A stretch of DNA of 64,000 nt from a virus (taxonomy: Duplodnaviria > Caudoviricetes), in the IMG/VR virus record IMGVR_UViG_3300010998_000002, positions 44,613-108,612 of that record; one strand, written 5' to 3'. A model generated the notes under the pieces. The model did no database searches. It was not told where the DNA came from and was given only the letters and a program-made list of their open reading frames with translations. The number at the start of each line of letters is the position of its first letter. Position 1 is the stretch's first letter. Shown here piece after piece: positions 19,927 through 28,779 of this stretch. Made by a program: the position numbers and the translations under genes.

Positions 19927-20646
19927 TTAGTCCATACTTGTATAACATTTTGCGATTAAGGCTTCAAGATACGTTAATCTTGAATCAAAAGTAGAATATC
20001 TTGTTTCTAATTCTGTAGTTTTTGCTAAAATGGTTGCAACGTCAATTTCTGACGTATTAACTATCGTATCACCCACACGATAGTACAAAAGTTTATTACT
20101 TGAAATATACTCTGTATTATTGTTATCGCTATATACCGTAACAGACCTATTATCATTTACTTTGTTTAATAAAGAAGTATCTAATGTAAATTGTTGATAC
20201 CACTTTGTTCTAGGCAAAATAAATTCTTCATTTGTTTGGTCTAATACATAGAAATCTGCAATTCCTGTGTTTACAAATAAACTATAAACCGCAGATTTTT
20301 GACTAACATCTGCTATATATCTGCCGTCAGCCGTCAGTTTACATGGAATATTCCGATAAGTTGTACTGACGGCACTTGCATCATTATATAATTCAATTAT
20401 TTTATCAACTGCTGTTGAATAAGTGCTAGTGATGGTTGAACCCTGCAATGCCCAACCAACCGCTTCATCACCAGATAATACATGGTCTGCTACCATCATA
20501 AAAAATAATGGTAAATTAGAGCCACCGCCACCACTTGCATTATCAACATAAGTTTTTATTGCCTTTTGGCTAGGAACGAGATAATCAGAAGCACTTGCAC
20601 CACCTAAACTTGTATCAGTATCTAGGTTGTAAAATTTTTGTGCCAT
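19927..20646 (-). CDS. tail fiber-associated structural protein
   Basis: VPSQKAIKTYVD fiber motif; shares a domain with the DGR target (FYVLDQTNEEFILPR). Confidence 0.6.
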   Translation of the reverse strand: MAQKFYNLDTDTSLGGASASDYLVPSQKAIKTYVDNASGGGGSNLPLFFMMVADHVLSGDEAVGWALQGSTITSTYSTAVDKIIELYNDASAVSTTYRNIPCKLTADGRYIADVSQKSAVYSLFVNTGIADFYVLDQTNEEFILPRTKWYQQFTLDTSLLNKVNDNRSVTVYSDNNNTEYISSNKLLYYRVGDTIVNTSEIDVATILAKTTELETRYSTFDSRLTYLEALIAKCYTSMD

Positions 20647-20653
20647 TTATCTT

Positions 20654-22150
20654 TTATCCTATAATTACTGCCTTATATGTTCCTGCTGTTATGCTTGCAC
20701 TTGCATTCATTTTAACAACGATATTGCTTGCACTACAACTAACTTCACAAATTACTTCATCACCAGATGATACTTCTTTAATCATAACATTAACATCTGC
20801 ATCACCTAGAGTATTTGAGATTGTCCAAGTAGCAACACCACTTGAAGGAGTTAATGCAGGGTTAGTTGCTGTTAATTTGCCTGTTTTGCCTGCTAATGCT
20901 GTAGCAATTGCCTTTTCGGATGCTAAAGCAGAATCGCTTGCGCTTGAAGTTGCACGAACCGATGTTTGTAATACACCAGATTTCAAATTAGAAGTTGTTA
21001 AATTTGAAATTGTATTATTATCAGCATCAATTGTTTTATTTGTTAATGTATCTGTGCTAGATGCTGTAATGAATGAACTTGTATCAACAAATCCTGCAAA
21101 TACATCATATTTATAAGTACCAGATGTATATTCAACGATTACAACATTTGTTCCTGCTGGATATGTGATACCAGCACCTTCAACGAAGTCCGCAGTTGTT
21201 GTAAATTCTGCTGACATATTATACATCCAGCCAACGTGTGCTTTAACCAATGTGCCTAAACTTGCTACATCTGCTACAGATGCTTTAGGTATAATTACAC
21301 TTGCTACAGCATTAGCAATAGCAGTTGCAACAGCACCAGAAGTAATTAATTTGCTTGAACTTTCTGTAACTGTCGTATCAACTTTTGCAGAAATTTGACC
21401 GCTAGTATTACCATATCCTAAATAATTTGCAGAACCACTAGCAATAGATAAATCTGTTAATGCAATTTTTGATGTGATAGAATTAATATCACTTGCAGTA
21501 ACCGTTACACCATCAAGAATGTTTAATTCTGCCGTAGTAATTGTTGCACCATCTAAAATATTAACTTCATCTTTAGATGCTGTAACATCTGTAATTTTTG
21601 CTAAAGTTAAATTTGGTATATCTGATGCTTCAAGCGTTGTTCCTGCTGTAACTTGACCTTCTGCATTGATAGTAAGTTTTGTGTAAGTTCCTGCTGTTGG
21701 TTTTGTAGCAAGTTTATCAACTTTGCCTGCTAATTGCTTTGGATTAACAGCCAATACTTCGGAAGTACCTGTTATTACTTCTGCATCTGTAGCAATTTCA
21801 ATAATACCTTTTGCAGATGTTGATGCTTCTGCTACCTGTGCTTTTAAGCCATTAGCATTTTGAGAAAGTGTAACATTACCAGCATTTGCGCCACTAGCAA
21901 GATTTAATTCAACTTTGCCAGCATCATCGCCTGTTAATTCTTTTACACCATTTTGGAAAGTATATACTTTTCCTTGACTTGTTGCATCTACCCAAGATGT
22001 ACCGTTGTAAATAAGCCATGTTTTGTTTGCCGTATTCCAATAGTGCTGACCTTCAACCGGTGCGGAAGGTGCTAACGCAAGATTGTGTTCAACGGCGTTT
22101 TGAATTTCATTTTGATTTAAGTTTAAATCTGATAATACTTGTTTTGCCAT
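20654..22150 (-). CDS. tail fiber or whisker-like structural protein
   Basis: Ala/Thr/Ser-rich; ASTSAKGIIEIAT, GTYTKLTINAEGQVTAG, TAELNILDG and TLTNKTI fiber repeats. Confidence 0.75.
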   Translation of the reverse strand: MAKQVLSDLNLNQNEIQNAVEHNLALAPSAPVEGQHYWNTANKTWLIYNGTSWVDATSQGKVYTFQNGVKELTGDDAGKVELNLASGANAGNVTLSQNANGLKAQVAEASTSAKGIIEIATDAEVITGTSEVLAVNPKQLAGKVDKLATKPTAGTYTKLTINAEGQVTAGTTLEASDIPNLTLAKITDVTASKDEVNILDGATITTAELNILDGVTVTASDINSITSKIALTDLSIASGSANYLGYGNTSGQISAKVDTTVTESSSKLITSGAVATAIANAVASVIIPKASVADVASLGTLVKAHVGWMYNMSAEFTTTADFVEGAGITYPAGTNVVIVEYTSGTYKYDVFAGFVDTSSFITASSTDTLTNKTIDADNNTISNLTTSNLKSGVLQTSVRATSSASDSALASEKAIATALAGKTGKLTATNPALTPSSGVATWTISNTLGDADVNVMIKEVSSGDEVICEVSCSASNIVVKMNASASITAGTYKAVIIG

Positions 22151-22164
22151 TATAAATTTACTCC

Positions 22165-22578
22165 CTAATTTAAAATTGCTTTACCCTTAAAAGGTGCTTT
22201 CATTGTAATTATGCAAGTATTAGTATCAATATGAGTAATTTCACATACTACTTCTGTACCAGCACTATCTACAACTGTCGCCGTTGGGTATTTGCCTAAA
22301 TTGTGATTAATTATCCATTCAGCAGAAGATTCATTTTGTTCATGAACAAAGTTTTTATCTTTATATTTTTCTATTTGTTCAATGGTTTGTTCTATGACAT
22401 CTTCTATTTGTTCAATTGCAGTTTCTAATTGTTCTGCATATTGTTCGGCTAAATCAGCAGATTCTTTGGCTTTTTCTGCCCAAGATTTTGCTTGATTAGC
22501 ATTTATACTCCCTCTGGTTTGTTGGCAATCAGAGTAAACCCTAATACCAACTTTATCATGATTATACATTCGTTGCAT
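22165..22578 (-). CDS. structural protein (fiber- or collar-associated)
   Basis: Coiled coil plus WIINHNLGKYPTATVVDSAG domain. Confidence 0.6.
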   Translation of the reverse strand: MQRMYNHDKVGIRVYSDCQQTRGSINANQAKSWAEKAKESADLAEQYAEQLETAIEQIEDVIEQTIEQIEKYKDKNFVHEQNESSAEWIINHNLGKYPTATVVDSAGTEVVCEITHIDTNTCIITMKAPFKGKAILN

Positions 22579-22972
22579 CTACAATACCCTCAACTATTTT
22601 AGGATAAACGTAGAGTCTATTCCATTTTCCAAAATAGCCACCATCGCAACAGCGACATTCTCCAACATGCAATGTATCTTCAAGTCCTGTTTCGGGGTCG
22701 CATAATTTAACTCCCCAATAAAACATAGAGCATTGACGGTTTATAGGTACTTCAAGTTTTTCAGACATTGCTTTTGTGATTTCAAATTCAACTTCATCTA
22801 AACCTTCACTATCTATTTTTAATTCGTCAAATATTAATTCTCTAGTTTCTGGATTTCTGATGGCTAAATATACTTCATAACTTTTATCGGTAGGTATGCC
22901 ATCTACGACAATACTGCCGGTGTCGCCCTGTATAATTTTTAAAACGCCATTTTTGGTAACTTCAATTGACAT
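22562..22972 (-). CDS. putative virion protein (BppU N-terminal-like Ig fold)
   Basis: IIQGDTGSI start and beta-rich pattern; has its own GTTTAC-class promoter. Confidence 0.45.
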   Translation of the reverse strand: MSIEVTKNGVLKIIQGDTGSIVVDGIPTDKSYEVYLAIRNPETRELIFDELKIDSEGLDEVEFEITKAMSEKLEVPINRQCSMFYWGVKLCDPETGLEDTLHVGECRCCDGGYFGKWNRLYVYPKIVEGIVDATNV

Positions 22973-23028
22973 ACTTATCCTCTTGTTCTAAATATATTAT
23001 AGAAATTTTTTGAGATTTCGTAAACTAA

Positions 23029-23661
23029 TTATCCCAAATTTATTTCTCCAATATTTAATGATGTATCAACTGCCAACATTTCTGCTATTGCCTGTCCTTT
23101 AAAATTAGCAATCCAAGTAGATGTATTTAATTGTTTAACAGTTGCTTGTTGTAGTATAGTGGTGTACTTATCTTCAACACCGAAACAATCCGTATCTATC
23201 ATTTTTGTAGCAAAGTTTTTAATTGCTATAAATTGTTCTCTTGTAAAATTCAAGAATGTTGGTTTGCCTTCTAAATCATAACATTTCCAATGATTTATAA
23301 CTTCAATTTCTGGATTACTAACAACGTCTAAATATTTTGTCGTTGTCATTAGAATAGATGTTGCGTTTGTTTCAAAAATATAACTACTATTAAGTGTTAC
23401 ACCACCATAAGCGACTTTTGCTTTTAATTGATATAATTGTTCTTGTAATTCTTTTGCAATTTTAACTGCATTTAATTCTTTTTCTTTATCAGTTCCGGTA
23501 ATATCAACTAATTGACCTTCAATAACATAGGCTTTATCTCTATCAACTATTGCATCATTTTCTTGTTCTGTAACTGTAATATAAGGTTCTGCAACATCAA
23601 GATGTTCTGGGTATGCACCTATTACTTTGCCGGTTTCTGCATTATATCTAACTTTAATCAT
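23029..23661 (-). CDS. putative tail fiber assembly protein (DUF4376-like)
   Basis: YNAETGKVIGAYP N-terminus, YGGVTLN and INHWKCYD motifs; lies downstream of the receptor-binding gene. Confidence 0.5.
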   Translation of the reverse strand: MIKVRYNAETGKVIGAYPEHLDVAEPYITVTEQENDAIVDRDKAYVIEGQLVDITGTDKEKELNAVKIAKELQEQLYQLKAKVAYGGVTLNSSYIFETNATSILMTTTKYLDVVSNPEIEVINHWKCYDLEGKPTFLNFTREQFIAIKNFATKMIDTDCFGVEDKYTTILQQATVKQLNTSTWIANFKGQAIAEMLAVDTSLNIGEINLG

Positions 23662-23987
23662 TATGCTTGTACCTCATTTTGTTGTCTATAATCTTCTAAA
23701 GCCTGTGTAGGATTATCAATAATTTCTTCTGCTTCTTCTACAGTAAATCCTAAACGGAATAATTTTGCATACTCATCTTCTTTTAATTCTAATTGAAGAA
23801 TATCATTATCTGATTCTTGTATCATGTGAGTTTCATCATCAATACCATCTTCTTTTTTTGCTAAAACTGCTACTATTTGCCAAGTATATCTGTCATCTAA
23901 CAAATCTTGTAATGTTGCAATGGCAGACACCATATCCTCATACAAATAGTTGAAAAAATCTGCTTTTGTGTTTAAGTAATATACCAT
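23661..23987 (-). CDS. hypothetical acidic protein next to the DGR
   Basis: LNTKADF...EDEYAKLFRLGFTVEE; GGAG RBS. Confidence 0.6.
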   Translation of the reverse strand: MVYYLNTKADFFNYLYEDMVSAIATLQDLLDDRYTWQIVAVLAKKEDGIDDETHMIQESDNDILQLELKEDEYAKLFRLGFTVEEAEEIIDNPTQALEDYRQQNEVQA

Positions 23988-24000
23988 GTCTAATCTCCAC

Positions 24001-24312
24001 TTATGTTAAAGTATAATAATTATTTTGTTTTATAATAACAGCACAAAAAGGTAATTTGCTTTTATATTTCATTATTTGTCTTTCTAATACTTGTGAAGTA
24101 GTAAAAAATATTTTGTACTGTGGAATATCGTCAATATATTCAGTTATAACTTGTATTTTATTATAAGTTTCACCTTTCTTAACTTTACTAGGTTCTTTTT
24201 TAATTCCTGTAATAAGAACTTCCTTATTTAAAATTTCATCAATTTTAATTTTGTCGCCTTTTAAGAACTCGTCATTTTCAAATTCGCAATACTTTGGGTA
24301 ATCTTGAAACAT
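24001..24312 (-). CDS. small DGR-associated accessory protein candidate (non-Avd, beta-rich)
   Basis: Overlaps the RT 3' end by 52 bp; GDKIKIDEILNKEVLI...FFTTSQVLERQI...LPFCAVIIK...YYTLT. Confidence 0.65.
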   Translation of the reverse strand: MFQDYPKYCEFENDEFLKGDKIKIDEILNKEVLITGIKKEPSKVKKGETYNKIQVITEYIDDIPQYKIFFTTSQVLERQIMKYKSKLPFCAVIIKQNNYYTLT

Positions 24313-25316
24313 CGTTTAACTTCTCTTATCCTATTTTCTAAATTGATATGCTTTCTAAAGTTATGACTATTCGCCCATCGTGTATATCCTTCAACGGAAG
24401 ATAAGTGAGATAGCATTTTTTCGGGATGAATATGACCTTTATCATATTCTTTATATAATTTCTTTAATCGGCGGATTATTCCTCTTGCTGTTCGTTTTCT
24501 TAAAAGAATATATCCTTTAAAATAACGATACCCAAGAAAATCCACTCCTCTTGAAACATGAAACAAATCACATTTACTCATCATTAAATGTAATTTTGTA
24601 TCTAAAAATTCTTCTATTCGTTTTGCAAAATCACGAAGTTGTTTTTTATCATTGCTAAACACTAAAAAATCATCACAATATCTGATATAATCTTTAGCCT
24701 TTAATTCTTGTTTAATAAAATAATCTAATTGTGTTAAATAAATATTGCCAAACCATTGACTTGTTAAATTGCCTATTGGACAATTAGTTTCGCCTTCAAA
24801 TGAATAAATAATATCCTTTATTAACCATAAAACATTTTTATCTTTAATTTTTCTTTCTATTAGATTATATAAAACTTGATGATTTATGCTAGGATAAAAT
24901 TTTTTAATATCCATTTTTAAGCAATATTTATTTCTTTGAGCATAACTATTGGCTCTAACTAATCCTGCATGTAATCCTCTATTTGGTATGCAGGCGTATG
25001 TATCTTTTATAAAAGTTCTATGAAAGATAGGTGCTATTACATTCATTAAAGCATGTTGTAATATTCTATCTGGAAAAAATGGTAATATATAAATTACTCT
25101 CTTTTTAGGTTCATAAATTATTCTTGTATTATAATTTGCTGTTGTAAAATTATGATTTATTAAATCTTGTTGTAATTTTTTTAAATTACCTTCAACATCT
25201 TTTTCAAATCGTTTAACAGATTCTAAATTTCCTCTGCCTTCTCTTGCTTTTGTATAGGCTAAATAAAGATTTTCATAAGAAATTAATCTTTGCCATAAAT
25301 TTCCATATCGTTTCAT
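24261..25316 (-). CDS. DGR reverse transcriptase
   Basis: MKRYGNLW start, EPKKRVI, DRILQHA, LKMDIKKFYPSI, PIGNLTSQ, YIRYCDDF, GVDFLGY; 351 aa with no maturase or endonuclease domain; adjacent TR. Confidence 0.97.
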   Translation of the reverse strand: MKRYGNLWQRLISYENLYLAYTKAREGRGNLESVKRFEKDVEGNLKKLQQDLINHNFTTANYNTRIIYEPKKRVIYILPFFPDRILQHALMNVIAPIFHRTFIKDTYACIPNRGLHAGLVRANSYAQRNKYCLKMDIKKFYPSINHQVLYNLIERKIKDKNVLWLIKDIIYSFEGETNCPIGNLTSQWFGNIYLTQLDYFIKQELKAKDYIRYCDDFLVFSNDKKQLRDFAKRIEEFLDTKLHLMMSKCDLFHVSRGVDFLGYRYFKGYILLRKRTARGIIRRLKKLYKEYDKGHIHPEKMLSHLSSVEGYTRWANSHNFRKHINLENRIREVKRCFKITQSIANLKMTSS

Positions 25317-25365
25317 TTGGTAATGTTTCTTCTAATATTATTATACGAAAAATTACAAAAATAAT

Positions 25366-25414
25366 AAACACCCTCACTTTCGCTAATGAAATCAACTACT
25401 AGCGAAGGTGTTTT
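25366..25414 (-). ncRNA. structured TR-RT spacer hairpin (3' part of the DGR RNA)
   Basis: Minus strand AAAACACC-TTCGCTA-gtagttgatttcat-TAGCGAA-agtgag-GGTGTTT. Confidence 0.6.
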
Positions 25415-25542
25415 AATTGCTTTGTATTTTGCTTATTCAATCTTTCAGAATAAACAGGGTTATGGATTCAGCCTGCATATATTACATACACCCTAGCAAT
25501 TACAGGATGCGAATATAAATAATATTCAAGTAATATTACAAT

Positions 25543-25656
25543 CTCACGCCACGACAACCGTTGTTGGCATTCACGTTAGAACGAGTATTATTCGCATTAC
25601 GAGAACGAGAACCGCAGTTAGTGGAGTTATTCCAATTACCGCCTGCTTTCAGGATA
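25543..25656 (-). repeat. DGR template repeat (TR)
   Basis: 114 bp; reads ILKAGGNWNNSTNCGSRSRNANNTRSNVNANNGCRGV (11 AAY codons, 30 adenines); differs from VR at 18 positions, all TR adenines. Confidence 0.97.
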
Positions 25657-25659
25657 ATA

Positions 25660-25983
25660 ACCCATAACCTTTTCTCACCCATCATGCACTCTTTGAAATC
25701 AAACTTCCACAAAATTATTTTACAACGGTTTTATGGAAGTGAGATTATTCAAAGAGTTTAGACAGGGTATAGCGAGAAGTGGGTAATCTTTTGGGTAATC
25801 TATTCACTATATATTATATGTTTATTAATTATACACTTTCCGATTTGCGGTGTGGCAAGCCACACATACGAGTAGCGCTGTGCGACCTTCGTTTTGTTCG
25901 TAGCAACGAGAAGTCGGAACATCGTGTTAGACGAGGAGATACGCCCCTTTATCGTCTAAAACCCTCGCTACGCTTGGGTTTCC
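25660..25983 (-). ncRNA. structured non-coding region between target and TR (post-VR hairpins and putative 5' domain of the DGR RNA)
   Basis: Inverted repeats ACTCTTTGAA/TTCAAAGAGT (25688, 25748), ACTTCCA/TGGAAGT, GTGTGGC/GCCACAC, TTAGACGA/TCGTCTAA, AAACCC/GGGTTT; no minus-strand ORF in the track. Confidence 0.55.
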
Positions 25984-25986
25984 GTC

Positions 25987-27579
25987 TTATCTGGAAAATT
26001 TCGGCAGGCTCACGCCACGACAACCGACGTCGGCATTCACGTAAGAACGAGTACAAGCCGCAGCACGAGAACGAGAACCGCAGTAAGTGGAGCAACCCCA
26101 ATAACCGCCCGCTATCAGGATATATGGCATACCATAGGATTGACCTCTAGTTCCTTCATCACCATAGCCATTCCAACTGCTACCACCAGCAGGAGCAATT
26201 TCGTCAAGCCATTGCCATATCAAACCACAGCATTCTTCAACGAAATAGCCAGAAATCATACGTTTACCAGCAGTATCTAAATGTCCGCCAGCCGTAAATG
26301 GATTTGGTTGTGCCGAGCCAGCAACGGCAGTTTTTTGGTTGCTACCTTCTGCAAAAATCATAAATTCTACATCTCTTGCAGGGCGTTTTCCAACTAATTG
26401 CAAATCCCATTGATGTTGAATTGGGGTACGAATATTCGTCATGGTAGCACCATAAGCAGAAGCCGTAGAAGTTCCTGTACCGGATTGTAGATAAATATCT
26501 ACCCATAAATCAAGTAAATCAACGTAAACCATGCCGGCAGGATTACACATTGGTCTATGTGTTTCGCACCATACAGAGTTTGGAATAATATCGCCAGCCG
26601 AATAACCAATTGCCGGATGCGAACTCCATAACGAAGGTGCTGATGTAGGTAATGCTGGAGCATTTGAACTTGTAACAGAAACACATAATGTATGGAATCC
26701 ACCAATGCAGTATGCAGTATTACTATTATATCCATACGGATATGTAGCATTAAGTGATACTACAATATCATATTTGTTTAAATTTGCAGTTTCTACCAAA
26801 TAAACATAATAGTCTTTTCCTGCCGTAAAGCCAGACCCCTGGTCTAATTTTGCTGTTGCAGAAAATTCTAAATCTGTCGGATTATAATATGTTCTTTCGT
26901 AACCGTTTAATTTGAATTTAAGATATGTATCACCTTTTAAGATTAAAGATGTATGTGTACTACCAGGTTTTAAAAATTGCTCACGATAACAATTTAATTT
27001 TAATAAATTTTTATGTGCAATTACTATGTCTGTTAAAGGATTTATTAATCTAGGTAGATAAAACTGTTCATTAGTTGTGTCAATTATATAATATTCTGAA
27101 TAACCAATTAAAGCATAAATATTATCAACAATTGGTTTATTTGCTATATCTGTAATTTTAGTGCCATGTGATGTATATTTATAAGAAATTGAATAAGCAC
27201 CAATTGTATCTGTTCTAGTTTCTGTTGTAGAATTATATTCTGCTAATAATTGCGCATATCCTGTGGCATCATTTAATGCGGTTGCGCCAATTGTAAACAT
27301 ATTTGATAATGCAAGTTTATTATTACCGTCAGTATTAAGTAATGCTAATGTTGATAAGTTATTATATGCAGTATCGTAATTGGATTTTAATGTATCTGTT
27401 AAGTTGTTTTTGGAAAATCCTAAACCATCTGTTAATGTACTAATGTTATCAACCGTAAATTGTGATAACTGTGTAACCGTAATCTTTTTATCATCCGATG
27501 AATCAGAAATATCGGTGATTGGCAATATGTCGTTGCTTGCTACGGTTGAAATTTGTGCTTTGTCATTAAATCTAACCAT
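25987..27579 (-). CDS. DGR target: receptor-binding tail protein with a C-terminal CLec/FGE-like (Mtd-like) domain
   Basis: GKDYYVY, IGGFHTLC, IIPNSVW, PAGMVY, WVDIYL, EECCGLIWQWL; VR at the 3' end; follows the baseplate genes. Confidence 0.92.
   Translation of the reverse strand: MVRFNDKAQISTVASNDILPITDISDSSDDKKITVTQLSQFTVDNISTLTDGLGFSKNNLTDTLKSNYDTAYNNLSTLALLNTDGNNKLALSNMFTIGATALNDATGYAQLLAEYNSTTETRTDTIGAYSISYKYTSHGTKITDIANKPIVDNIYALIGYSEYYIIDTTNEQFYLPRLINPLTDIVIAHKNLLKLNCYREQFLKPGSTHTSLILKGDTYLKFKLNGYERTYYNPTDLEFSATAKLDQGSGFTAGKDYYVYLVETANLNKYDIVVSLNATYPYGYNSNTAYCIGGFHTLCVSVTSSNAPALPTSAPSLWSSHPAIGYSAGDIIPNSVWCETHRPMCNPAGMVYVDLLDLWVDIYLQSGTGTSTASAYGATMTNIRTPIQHQWDLQLVGKRPARDVEFMIFAEGSNQKTAVAGSAQPNPFTAGGHLDTAGKRMISGYFVEECCGLIWQWLDEIAPAGGSSWNGYGDEGTRGQSYGMPYILIAGGYWGCSTYCGSRSRAAACTRSYVNADVGCRGVSLPKFSR
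26009..26122 (-). repeat. DGR variable repeat (VR)
   Basis: Encodes ILIAGGYWGCSTYCGSRSRAAACTRSYVNADVGCRGV at the target C-terminus; ungapped 114-bp alignment to TR. Confidence 0.97.
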
Positions 27580-28766
27580 TATAAAAATCTCACTCCATTA
27601 TTAGTGCCTGTCGTACTTTCTTTTAAAGAGTCGTTGATTAATAACTCCCCTGTCGTATTATTTCTTAAATAAAAATTATATATTGAACCGGAATTAAAAT
27701 ATTCACCTTCGGAAGTTCCTAAAAATATTTTCATTCCTTCCCCTGCTGATACACTATGTTGTCTAGTATCTGTATCTACTACATTACCATTTATCAATAA
27801 ACTCCAAACATTACCAACTCTTTTAATTGTAACAGCAGTATTTTCATTTACTGTTAATGAACCACCCATTAAAACAACGTCTGCATCTGCATCCGCATAT
27901 CTATTTCCTAATCCATCATAATAATATGTTAAACCTATATCATTATCGGTATAAACATTAGGCTCTGTTTTAAACACAATACCGTCTAATGGATTGTAAT
28001 AACATTTAACAGATACAAATTCGCTTGCAAATGTTGTGTTTTGTGAAAATATTGGAATTATTGTATCGTCTGACGTATTGGTAAATACATCGGGTTGTAT
28101 ATTAAAACTTAATTCAAAATCATCATCTGCTGGAATGACTTGATTATAAGTTATAAACGCATTATTTTTAAATAAATTATAAAATTTGTGAAAAGTAACT
28201 TGATTTAAGGCTACTCCTGCCGGAAGTGCATTTTTTATAATTGCATGAGCATCTAATGTTTCTAAAAGTGATGCTCCGTAAAGTCTGATATATTCAATTC
28301 CTGCTGGATAATTTTCACCTATACGAACTAATTTTGCATTAAATAATAGTTTACATGCTTCAATTAATTCATCTAGCGAAGTATCGGTATTGTTTTGAAT
28401 TATCTTTGCTTTAATTGCATTTCTAAAACTTGCATCGGTTCTTGCTACTTTTGTACTTCGTAAAGAACTTGTACCTTTAAACTTACCAGCACCAAAGCCT
28501 TCTGGTGTTGTACCACCAAACGTAAAGGCATCTACAGGTGTTGGTGTATAAACCCTGTTTTGTCCTACTTTTTTTCCAATATAATCTAGCCAAGTTCCAT
28601 TTGCAGTTGTATAATCTAGGTTATATAACAATTGCCAAGCAATATTTTCAATAATTTGGTATCTATCACCGGATTGTTTGGCTAGTCTATATAATTCTGG
28701 AAATTGTAATAAATAAGGTATCATGTCAGATAAAGCAAGTTCATTATGATTATCTATCTGAATCAT
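27579..28766 (-). CDS. baseplate wedge protein (DUF2612-like) with a C-terminal LamG-like domain
   Basis: TANGTWLDYIGKKVGQNR, FRNAIKAKIIQN, LPAGVAL; C-terminal VTIKRVGNVWSLLINGN...GSIYNF. Confidence 0.75.
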   Translation of the reverse strand: MIQIDNHNELALSDMIPYLLQFPELYRLAKQSGDRYQIIENIAWQLLYNLDYTTANGTWLDYIGKKVGQNRVYTPTPVDAFTFGGTTPEGFGAGKFKGTSSLRSTKVARTDASFRNAIKAKIIQNNTDTSLDELIEACKLLFNAKLVRIGENYPAGIEYIRLYGASLLETLDAHAIIKNALPAGVALNQVTFHKFYNLFKNNAFITYNQVIPADDDFELSFNIQPDVFTNTSDDTIIPIFSQNTTFASEFVSVKCYYNPLDGIVFKTEPNVYTDNDIGLTYYYDGLGNRYADADADVVLMGGSLTVNENTAVTIKRVGNVWSLLINGNVVDTDTRQHSVSAGEGMKIFLGTSEGEYFNSGSIYNFYLRNNTTGELLINDSLKESTTGTNNGVRFL

Positions 28767-28779
28767 TATTATTTCCTTA

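Larger units (their letters stand above)
24001..27579 (-). mobile_element. diversity-generating retroelement cassette (target-VR, TR, RT, accessory ORF)
   Basis: Adenine-specific TR/VR pair plus a DGR-type RT. Confidence 0.95.

Noticed and set aside
17824-22150. Second DGR target among the other fiber genes
   Set aside because: I found no other copy of the TR sequence by eye, and their C-termini lack the GGxW..GSR..GCR pattern.
24261-25316. RT as a group II intron, retron or Abi RT
   Set aside because: It is short, lacks maturase and endonuclease domains, has the GNLTSQ motif and sits beside an adenine-specific TR/VR pair, so it is DGR type.
25561-26150. Plus-strand ORFs 25561-25761 and 25779-26150 as avd
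   Set aside because: They are antisense to the cassette, overlap TR, VR and the hairpins, lack an RBS and have no Avd-like composition.
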